Shown: positions 1 through 5,799 of the stretch, piece after piece | Layout of the letters: every line of letters begins with the position of its first letter | Position numbering within the stretch: position 1 is the first letter of the stretch | Source of the DNA: Candidatus Iainarchaeum sp. | GTDB lineage: Archaea > Iainarchaeota > Iainarchaeia > Iainarchaeales > CSSED10-239 | Direction of reading: 5' to 3' | NCBI GenBank assembly: GCA_028700905.1 | Contig: JAQVRT010000038.1 | Span: forward strand, 1 to 6,489 | Length of the DNA stretch: 6,489 bases | Notes under the pieces: model-generated | Databases searched by the model: none | The model's input: only the letters and a program-made list of their open reading frames with translations | What the model was told of the DNA's origin: nothing | Program-made: the position numbers and the translations under genes

Positions 1-38
1 GATACTAAAACCATTCCTTTCTGTCTTTTACTAGGCAT
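1..38 (-). CDS. 5' end of an unidentified CDS running off the left edge (MPSKRQKGMVLV...)
   Basis: The minus strand reads GGAGGAATAACTATGCCTAGTAAAAGACAGAAAGGAATGGTTTTAGTATC. The ATG is at 38..36 and lies 7 nt downstream of a perfect GGAGG. The frame stays open for 12 codons to the window edge. Too short to assign a product. Confidence 0.4.
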   Translation of the reverse strand, partial: MPSKRQKGMVLV

Positions 39-45
39 AGTTATT

Positions 46-50
46 CCTCC
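46..50 (-). promoter_or_regulatory. Shine-Dalgarno GGAGG for the left-edge CDS
   Basis: Plus-strand CCTCC at 46..50 is GGAGG on the minus strand, with a 7-nt spacer to the ATG at 38. Confidence 0.4.
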
Positions 51-88
51 ACTGTATGAATCTTACTAGTTTGAAAGTACTTGTTTTT

Positions 89-141
89 ATTAAATTGTAA
101 AGAAAAATATTGCTGTATGATAGTTATTTTTACAATTTAAT
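89..141. repeat. 13-bp perfect inverted repeat (ATTAAATTGTAAA ... TTTACAATTTAAT) with a 27-nt spacer, in the region upstream of the left-edge gene
   Basis: Read directly: 89..101 is the exact reverse complement of 129..141. The proximal arm ends about 50 nt upstream of the ATG at 38 and overlaps a TATA-like TTTAATAAAA on the minus strand. Function is unknown; it could be an operator or an RNA stem. Confidence 0.5.
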
Positions 142-337
142 TTGGTTTTCTAAAAAAAGTCTTTTTTAGGAATTAAAGAGTAAATCAAATGTAATTTAAA
201 AAGAATGTTTTTGTATTTCAAACCATATTCTAATAATGGTTTACAAATCAAAAAATAATTATGTAAAGATAAATTATTGAAAATTAAGTAGTTATTTTTA
301 TAATTAAAAATTAAGATAAATTAATTAATATTTTATT

Positions 338-360
338 AAAAAAAAGAAAAAAAAAGAAAA
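338..360 (-). terminator. Oligo-T tract immediately downstream of the ppsA stop codon (candidate archaeal-type terminator)
   Basis: The minus strand reads TAG-A-TTTTCTTTTTTTTTCTTTTTTTT directly after the stop at 362..364. No strong preceding hairpin is present. T-runs alone act as terminators in archaea, but the background here is very AT-rich. Confidence 0.35.
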
Positions 361-361
361 T

Positions 362-3300
362 CTATTTTTTAGATTTTTCTTTGTTTGCAACTAATATCTT
401 TGTCTTAATTAGAGTATCTGGATTTAAACTCATAGAATCAATACCAATAGATACTAAAAACTCAGCAAAGTCAGGATAATCAGATGGTGCTTGTCCACAG
501 ATACCTATATACTTCTTTTTCTTTTTTGCAATCTTTACAACATTTGTTATAAGTTCCTTTACTGCAGGATTTCTTTCATCATAAATACTTGCAACAATTT
601 CTGAATTTCTATCAAGACCTAAAGTTAATTGTGTTAAATCATTTGAACCTATTGAAAATCCATCAAAGATATTTAAAAATTCTTCAGCTAAAATAACATT
701 TGAAGGAATCTCACACATACCAATAACTTTAAGACCATTTTTACCTTGTTCTAAACCATTTTTCTTAAGTTCTGCAATTACTTTTTTAGCTTCATCAAGT
801 GTTCTACAAAAAGGTATCATTACTTCTAAATTTGTAAGACCCATATCTTCTCTAACTTTTTTAATTGCCTTACACTCTAAAGCAAAACCCTCTCTGTAGT
901 TTCCTTGATAGTATCTTGAAGCACCTCTCCATCCAAGCATTGGATTTGATTCAATTGGTTCATATTCTTTTCCACCAATTAAATTTGCATACTCATCTGT
1001 CTTAAAATCAGAAGTTCTTAAGATAACTTTTTTAGGATAAAAAGCGGCAGCTATTCTTGCAATACCTTGAGATAGTTTATCTACAAAATAATCTACTTTA
1101 TTACTATACCCTATTGTTAATTTATCTATTTCTTCTTTTACTTTTTTATCTTTTATTTTATTATAGTTAATTAAAGCTAAAGGATGTATTTTTATCCAAG
1201 AATTAATAATAAACTCTTCTCTTGCAAGACCTACACCATCTGAAGGTAAGAAAGATTGCTCTAAGGCTTGTTCTGGATTTCCAACATTTAACATTATTTT
1301 TGTTTTTGTTGAAGGTATTTTTTTAATATCTTGAATTTCTTTTTTAAACTTTAAAGTTCCTTCATACACAAAACCATAATCTCCTGATGAACAATCAATT
1401 GTTATTGGAGACTTATCTTTTATTTTTAAAGTAGCATCAATTGTTCCTACAATACAAGGAATTCCAAGTTCTCTTGCAATAATTGCAGCATGACAATTAT
1501 TAACTGCTATTGGTGTGTAGTCGCTTGTAAATACAAAGTAAGTATGATTATCTTTTACTGTTATATTGTATACTTCTTTTAAACCTAATTTTGCATTTAA
1601 TTTAATTCTTTTTTGTCTTAGTTGAGAATCTATTAATTTTTGAATATTTTTCTTAAGAGATACATCTTTAATTTTTGATAAGATTGATTTAAGATATTCT
1701 ACATCAACTAATAAATCTTTATTTTTTCTATTATTAATCTCTGAATTGAATTTTTCTGAAAATAATTGCTTTGTATTAAAAAACCTATAACCTGTTTTTC
1801 TTAAATCTTTACAATTTACTCTTTTTGTATATTTGTTTAAAACATCTAATTTTTCAATAACTTGTATATTTTTAATAGATCTATTTTTTGTAACCTGAAC
1901 AGAAATTCCAAGTCTTAAGAAAGCAATAATTACCGCTTGATAAAGATCTTCTTTTGAGATATATATGCTAATTCTACCTTTTGAATAAGTTCCATCTCCA
2001 TCTATCACACCTGCTAAAAAATTATAAACATATTCTTTGTCTGAAGAAAGAATTGTTGAGATTAAAGACTCTCTTTCTTTTAATATTTTTTTAGCAATAT
2101 CTTTTATATAGCATCTATATACATTTGCTTTTCCAACTACTTTCTTTCCTCTAATCATCCCAGAAGATTCTTTTTTTTCACTTTCTTTTAAGTCATAATT
2201 ATAGACTTTTTTAAAAGATTCTTTAAAATAATCAATAAAAACTTTTTTTTCTTTAGTTGGTTTTTGTATAAAAAATATACAACCATGTCTATTATCTAAA
2301 TGAACATGTCCATCTGTAAAAAGCGCACCTAAAACATATCCTTCTTTTGGATTCTTTTTAATTTTACTTAATTGAGGAATAGTTTCAGTAACTAAAACAG
2401 ACTCATTATTTTTTAACATATCTTGTATTTCAGTATCAACTAATTCACTGTTTCTAATATTTATCATTTTATGATCAGGAGTAACTTTTAAAATATTAGA
2501 CGTAGCTCTATTTGTTTGAGTACAAGAGACAGATATTAATTGGTCTTTCTTTTTCATTACATCTGTAATAGTTTTCCATTCTATTTTTAATGTTTTTTTA
2601 TTAAGAGAAGGAGTTTTTAAATTTTTAAATCTATTTTCATAAATTTCTTTAAAAGTTAATAAACCTTTATCTGTTAAAATTTTTGTATCTCCTGAAAAAC
2701 AAGTTTTACCACCTTTATTTGTAACAATACCTGAAGCTATTTTCATAATAGGTACCCAATCAGGATCTGTCATTTCTGTAATTAAGATATCTCCTTTTTT
2801 AAATTTATTAATATCTTTTACATCTTTAATAATTGAAGCATTTCCTGTTGCTATTTTTTGACCAATTGAAATACCTGTAACTATTGCTTCTTTCTCTTCT
2901 AAAATAGAATAGGTTTCAATTTGACTTAAATTTTTATTTGATTGAACTGTTTCAGGTCTTGCTTGAACAATATATACTTTTTTTGTAACACCATCAATTG
3001 CCCATTCCATATCCATTGGTTTATAGTGTCCTGCTTTTTGAGAATAATAATCTTCAATAATACAAGCCCATTTTGCTAAAGTAATAACATCTTTATCAGT
3101 TATACAAAATTGATTTCTATGATTAATATCAACATTTATGTTTTTAACAGGTTTATTACCTTGAGTATCATAAACCATTTTTATTGCTTTTTCACCAAGT
3201 CTTTTTGAAATTATAGCATTCTTTCCTTGTTTTAATGTAGGTTTAAAAACCATAAATTCATCAGGATTAACAGCACCTTGAACAACATTTTCTCCAAGAC

Positions 3301-3973
3301 CATAAGCACCATTAATAACTACAGCATCTCTAAAACCAGTTTCTGTATCTATTGAAAACATAACACCTGAAGATGCTAAATCACTTCTTACCATTTTTTG
3401 AACAGTTATTGAAAGAGCAACTTTTGTGTGATCAAACTTCTTTTCTACTCTGTAAGCTATTGCTCTATTTGTGAAAAGTGAAGCAAAACATTTTCTGCAG
3501 GCATCTAAAAGCTCTTCAGGGCCTCTAATGTTTAAATAGGTTTCTTGTTGTCCAGCAAATGAAGCATCAGGCAAATCTTCTGCAGTTGCAGAAGATCTTA
3601 CAGCAACATCAAGTTCTTTTGTTTTTTCTTGCTTTGATAAAGAATAATAAGCATCAATAATTTGTTTTTCAAGATCTTGAGGGATTTCTGCAGTTCTAAT
3701 CATTTTTCTTATTTTAGAACCTTTTTCTGAAAGTTGTTGTAAATTATTTACATCTAAATCTTTTAAAGTAGATTTTATCTCTTGTGAAATTTTATCTTTT
3801 TCAAGTAAATATCTATAAGCATCAGCAGTTATTGCAAAACCATTAGGAATTGAGACTCCTTTTTTAGTTAAATTTCTATACATTTCACCTAAAGATGCAT
3901 TTTTTCCACCAACAATAGGAACATCTTCAATTGAAATTTCTTTAAACCATAAAATATATTTGTCTTTATTCAT
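362..3973 (-). CDS. ppsA: Phosphoenolpyruvate synthase (pyruvate, water dikinase) precursor, interrupted in frame by a 402-aa intein
   Basis: The 1203-aa ORF resembles PpsA along its whole length outside the insert. The N-terminus has ILWF..EDVPIVGGKNASLGEM, VAVRSSATAEDLPDASFAGQQETYLN, MVRSDLASSGVMFSIDTETGF, VVQGAVNPDEF and MDMEWAIDG..VYIVQARPET. The swivel domain has MTDPDWVPIMKIASGIVTNKGGKT / CHAAIIARELGIPCIVG. The C-terminal PEP-utilising TIM-barrel domain has NVGNPEQA, GVGLAREEFII, RTSDFKTDEYANLIGG, NPMLGWRGASRY, MIPFCRT, EIPSN, FSIGSNDLTQLTLGLDR and GICGQAPSD. The ATG at 3973 has an AGGTG 9 nt upstream. The stop is TAG at 362..364. Confidence 0.95.
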   Translation of the reverse strand: MNKDKYILWFKEISIEDVPIVGGKNASLGEMYRNLTKKGVSIPNGFAITADAYRYLLEKDKISQEIKSTLKDLDVNNLQQLSEKGSKIRKMIRTAEIPQDLEKQIIDAYYSLSKQEKTKELDVAVRSSATAEDLPDASFAGQQETYLNIRGPEELLDACRKCFASLFTNRAIAYRVEKKFDHTKVALSITVQKMVRSDLASSGVMFSIDTETGFRDAVVINGAYGLGENVVQGAVNPDEFMVFKPTLKQGKNAIISKRLGEKAIKMVYDTQGNKPVKNINVDINHRNQFCITDKDVITLAKWACIIEDYYSQKAGHYKPMDMEWAIDGVTKKVYIVQARPETVQSNKNLSQIETYSILEEKEAIVTGISIGQKIATGNASIIKDVKDINKFKKGDILITEMTDPDWVPIMKIASGIVTNKGGKTCFSGDTKILTDKGLLTFKEIYENRFKNLKTPSLNKKTLKIEWKTITDVMKKKDQLISVSCTQTNRATSNILKVTPDHKMINIRNSELVDTEIQDMLKNNESVLVTETIPQLSKIKKNPKEGYVLGALFTDGHVHLDNRHGCIFFIQKPTKEKKVFIDYFKESFKKVYNYDLKESEKKESSGMIRGKKVVGKANVYRCYIKDIAKKILKERESLISTILSSDKEYVYNFLAGVIDGDGTYSKGRISIYISKEDLYQAVIIAFLRLGISVQVTKNRSIKNIQVIEKLDVLNKYTKRVNCKDLRKTGYRFFNTKQLFSEKFNSEINNRKNKDLLVDVEYLKSILSKIKDVSLKKNIQKLIDSQLRQKRIKLNAKLGLKEVYNITVKDNHTYFVFTSDYTPIAVNNCHAAIIARELGIPCIVGTIDATLKIKDKSPITIDCSSGDYGFVYEGTLKFKKEIQDIKKIPSTKTKIMLNVGNPEQALEQSFLPSDGVGLAREEFIINSWIKIHPLALINYNKIKDKKVKEEIDKLTIGYSNKVDYFVDKLSQGIARIAAAFYPKKVILRTSDFKTDEYANLIGGKEYEPIESNPMLGWRGASRYYQGNYREGFALECKAIKKVREDMGLTNLEVMIPFCRTLDEAKKVIAELKKNGLEQGKNGLKVIGMCEIPSNVILAEEFLNIFDGFSIGSNDLTQLTLGLDRNSEIVASIYDERNPAVKELITNVVKIAKKKKKYIGICGQAPSDYPDFAEFLVSIGIDSMSLNPDTLIKTKILVANKEKSKK
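365..1495 (-). other. ppsA: ppsA C-extein (aa 827-1203): CHAAIIARELGIP phosphohistidine motif plus the PEP/pyruvate-binding TIM-barrel domain
   Basis: Starts with Cys-His (tgt cat on the minus strand at 1495..1490) and continues with conserved PEP-utilising enzyme C-terminal motifs to the stop codon. Confidence 0.85.
1496..2701 (-). mobile_element. Intein (402 aa, precursor aa 425-826) with a nested homing endonuclease
   Basis: Block A is CFSGDTKILTDKG, starting at Cys425 (2699..2701). Block B TxxH is TPDH (2471..2482). LAGLIDADG motifs are LGALFTDG (2309..2332) and LAGVIDGDG (1991..2017). Block F is VYNITVKDNHTYFVF. Block G is IAVNN, ending at Asn826 (1496..1498). The +1 residue is Cys827 (1493..1495), followed by the catalytic His828 (1490..1492). 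Excision restores the canonical GGKTCHAAIIARELGIP motif and an 801-aa protein. Confidence 0.9.
1604..2356 (-). other. Double-motif LAGLIDADG homing endonuclease domain nested inside the intein (boundaries approximate)
   Basis: The two LAGLIDADG-type motifs are 105 aa apart: LGALFTDG at aa 548-555 and LAGVIDGDG at aa 653-661. Each retains the acidic residue before the final Gly. A Lys/Arg-rich region of about 130 aa follows. There are no internal stops or frameshifts. Confidence 0.75.
2702..3973 (-). other. ppsA: ppsA N-extein (aa 1-424): ATP-grasp nucleotide-binding domain plus the first half of the phosphohistidine swivel domain, ending ...TNKGGKT
   Basis: Codon check at the junction: 2708..2710 acc=Gly, 2705..2707 ttt=Lys, 2702..2704 agt=Thr (all read on the minus strand). 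These are followed by Cys at 2699..2701. Confidence 0.85.
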
Positions 3974-3982
3974 ATTTTTTCA

Positions 3983-3987
3983 CACCT
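3983..3987 (-). promoter_or_regulatory. Shine-Dalgarno-like AGGTG upstream of ppsA
   Basis: The minus strand reads GTAGGTGTGAAAAAATATG. AGGTG is 9 nt from the ATG and matches the 3' part of the AGGAGGTGA consensus. Confidence 0.35.
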
Positions 3988-4005
3988 ACATTTATTTTTA
4001 ATAAT

Positions 4006-4019
4006 AATATATACCTTCT
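4006..4019 (-). promoter_or_regulatory. Candidate archaeal BRE/TATA element (AGAAGG-TATATATT) in the 58-bp gap upstream of ppsA
   Basis: The minus strand reads TAGAAGGTATATATTATT about 35-45 nt upstream of the ppsA ATG. A purine-rich stretch followed by a TATA-like octamer fits archaeal promoter geometry. TATA-like strings are frequent in DNA this AT-rich, and ppsA may instead be co-transcribed with the upstream genes. Confidence 0.2.
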
Positions 4020-4031
4020 ATTTTAAAAGGT

Positions 4032-5768
4032 TTATCTTCCACCGGCACCGCCGCCACCACCACCTCCACCAAAACCTCCTCCTGAACCTGAAGAAGAAGT
4101 TGATGAAAGAGTATTTAAATTTGAAAAACTATTTGAAACAATAAATGAAGAATAGACACCAAGTCTTGAATTATTATTAAAACTTTCTAAATTTAAAGAT
4201 TTAATGTTTTTTAAAACTGTTCTTGCAATACCAAAAGAAGTTGCATAAACTAAATATTCTTCCCAAAGAATAACATGCTTTGGAGGATGGTTTTTAATAT
4301 CTGAAAAATCAGTAATATATTTTTTAAAACCATTCCATTTAAGATTAATTATTCTTCCTTCTTTTGTAAATCTACCAAATATTCTTGAATTAATTAAAAA
4401 TAAAGTAGCAACAAATACTAACATAAGAAAAATAAATAAAAGTGGCATTCTATTTATAATTATCATAGTATATATAAAAATACCAATTAAATAAAATCCT
4501 GAAAAAATACTTGCTAATTTTTTTCCTTTCCTATTATAAATTTCTTTATTCTTATAGAATTTAGTATCATAATCCTTTTCAATTTCTGTTGCCATTTTTC
4601 TAAAATCATTTAACATTTGAGTAGATCTTTTATAATTATCTATAATATTTCCATTTAAAACATTATGACCTTTCAAACTCTTAGAAATATCTAAAACATT
4701 AAATTTTTCATTTTTAAAATATTTTAAAATAAATTGATCAATCTTTGAAACATATTCTGGAAGAACAATTTCTTTTTCTGTTCTTGTTAAAAAATAACTT
4801 TCATCTTCCTTATCAAGTAAATATTTTTCTTTCCAAACAAGATACATTATCCCTGATGAAAACCAATTTTGAGAGAATTTTTCATTTACAAAATAATTTG
4901 CAAATAAAGGATCTTTATTATCAGGAAGTTCTCTATAATATTCTTCAAAGAAACTAACCTCTTCTCTGGAAAATTCTTTTGAATGTTTTTTCCAAATTAA
5001 GAAAAATACAATGAAAGGTATTAATAAATATAAAAAAATAATAATTATTTGATTAAATGTAGATAAAGGAGTTGTTGATTTTATATATTCATCATACTCA
5101 TTTTCCCAATCTTTTTCTAAATTTTTAACATTATTAGAGGTTGTTGAATCTAGTTTTATTTTATCAGATTTTACAAGATAATTACTAGGCATTAAAAGAT
5201 TAATCTCAACTGGTTCTTTTGGCAAAACTTTCTTTGAAAATAACAATTGATTATTAACTACATTTAAGTTATAATCTTTTGAATGAAGAAAATATTCTGT
5301 ATTATCAAAACTATTAGGAATTGTTAAAGAAATATTTAAATTTGTAGAATAATCAGTTTCTTTTCCATAAAGTTGATAATAAAACTGAAATATACCATCT
5401 TGTAATTGATTTATAACATTTACAATATCATAAGAAAAACTTACATTAATAGTTTCATCACAATAATTACTTTTTAAAACAAGTTCTTGATCTCCTGAAG
5501 GAGTATCTTTTTGATCATGTCTAAAAAAACATTCTTTTCCATCACAAGAACCACTTGCATTTAGTATTTGTAGAGAGGTTGGTCTTTGAAGATAAAGCTC
5601 TGTATAACACCCCTCTAAAGTATAAGTTAATTTTTCTGAAACATTTACTTGTCCATCTGTATTAATCACATAATCTATAGAATAATTATCTATGGATAAA
5701 GACCTTGCAAATGTAAAAGAAGGTAGTAAAAGAACTACTATTAAAAGTATTAATAATATTTTCCTCAT
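4032..5768 (-). CDS. DUF2207-family membrane protein of unknown function, with a signal peptide, extracytoplasmic N-domain, three predicted TM helices and a Ser/Gly-rich C-terminal tail
   Basis: The N-terminal signal peptide is MRKILLILLIVVLLLPSFTFA|RS. The roughly 215-aa ectodomain has 4 Cys. TM1 is IIIIFLYLLIPFIVFFLIW (about aa 240-259). It is followed by the family-typical YYRELPDNKDPLFANYF. A helical hairpin spans about aa 419-463. LKWNGFKKYITDFS and LWEEYLVYATSFGIA follow. The terminus is SSTSSSGSGGGFGGGGGGGGAGGR. The family call rests on my recollection of DUF2207 architecture and motifs, not on a search. Confidence 0.8.
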   Translation of the reverse strand: MRKILLILLIVVLLLPSFTFARSLSIDNYSIDYVINTDGQVNVSEKLTYTLEGCYTELYLQRPTSLQILNASGSCDGKECFFRHDQKDTPSGDQELVLKSNYCDETINVSFSYDIVNVINQLQDGIFQFYYQLYGKETDYSTNLNISLTIPNSFDNTEYFLHSKDYNLNVVNNQLLFSKKVLPKEPVEINLLMPSNYLVKSDKIKLDSTTSNNVKNLEKDWENEYDEYIKSTTPLSTFNQIIIIFLYLLIPFIVFFLIWKKHSKEFSREEVSFFEEYYRELPDNKDPLFANYFVNEKFSQNWFSSGIMYLVWKEKYLLDKEDESYFLTRTEKEIVLPEYVSKIDQFILKYFKNEKFNVLDISKSLKGHNVLNGNIIDNYKRSTQMLNDFRKMATEIEKDYDTKFYKNKEIYNRKGKKLASIFSGFYLIGIFIYTMIIINRMPLLFIFLMLVFVATLFLINSRIFGRFTKEGRIINLKWNGFKKYITDFSDIKNHPPKHVILWEEYLVYATSFGIARTVLKNIKSLNLESFNNNSRLGVYSSFIVSNSFSNLNTLSSTSSSGSGGGFGGGGGGGGAGGR

Positions 5769-5774
5769 AATATA

Positions 5775-5780
5775 ATCACT
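5775..5780 (-). promoter_or_regulatory. Weak Shine-Dalgarno-like AGTGAT upstream of the DUF2207 gene
   Basis: The minus strand reads TTAAGTGATTATATTATG. GTGAT matches the distal part of the AGGAGGTGATC consensus and lies 6 nt from the ATG at 5768. Confidence 0.3.
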
Positions 5781-5799
5781 TAATTATTTTTATTAAAAT

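Noticed and set aside
52-120. Direct 8-bp repeat CTGTATGA at 52..59 and 113..120 (TCATACAG on the minus strand), one copy next to the SD and one in the inverted-repeat spacer
   Set aside because: An 8-mer recurring once within about 300 bp is within chance expectation. It is recorded only in case the motif recurs genome-wide.
150-169. 8-bp hairpin CTAAAAAA-AGTC-TTTTTTAG
   Set aside because: It is essentially an A-run paired with a T-run in AT-rich DNA, with very low predicted stability. It is not positioned as a terminator for any gene.
220-242. 7-bp stem AAACCAT / ATGGTTT with a 9-nt loop
   Set aside because: The stem is short and has no flanking T-tract on either strand. It lies about 120 nt beyond the ppsA stop. 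The evidence is insufficient to call it a terminator or an RNA element.
206-259. 17-codon plus-strand mini-ORF (MFLYFKPYSNNGLQIKK) in the spacer
   Set aside because: It has no ribosome-binding site and no recognisable motif. An ORF of this length is expected by chance.
268-323. Short AT-rich direct repeats (GATAAATTA at 268 and 315; AAAATTAAG at 280 and 307) that might be iterons or a degenerate CRISPR
   Set aside because: They are only 9 bp long, low in complexity and irregularly spaced, with two copies each. This is consistent with compositional bias rather than an organised array.
500-540. Lys-run and A/T homopolymer tracts inside the CDSs (for example KKKKK near the ppsA C-terminus) as possible programmed frameshift sites or pseudogene lesions
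   Set aside because: All three large ORFs are uninterrupted, and conserved motifs continue in the same frame on both sides of these tracts.
362-3973. A 1203-aa giant ORF that might be a novel multidomain fusion or defence-type protein
   Set aside because: Outside aa 425-826 it matches PEP synthase motif for motif. The extra 402 aa have all the intein hallmarks and excise cleanly to restore the active-site motif. No novel enzyme architecture needs to be invoked.
4035-4106. A GC-rich patch that could be a structured RNA gene or a foreign insertion
   Set aside because: It is fully explained by Gly (GGN) and Ser codons at the in-frame 3' end of the DUF2207 CDS.
4745-4957. 70-aa plus-strand ORF from the six-frame track
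   Set aside because: It lies entirely antisense within the well-supported DUF2207 CDS. It has no SD, and its low-complexity Leu/Phe/Asn composition is typical of antisense frames in AT-rich coding DNA. It is almost certainly spurious.
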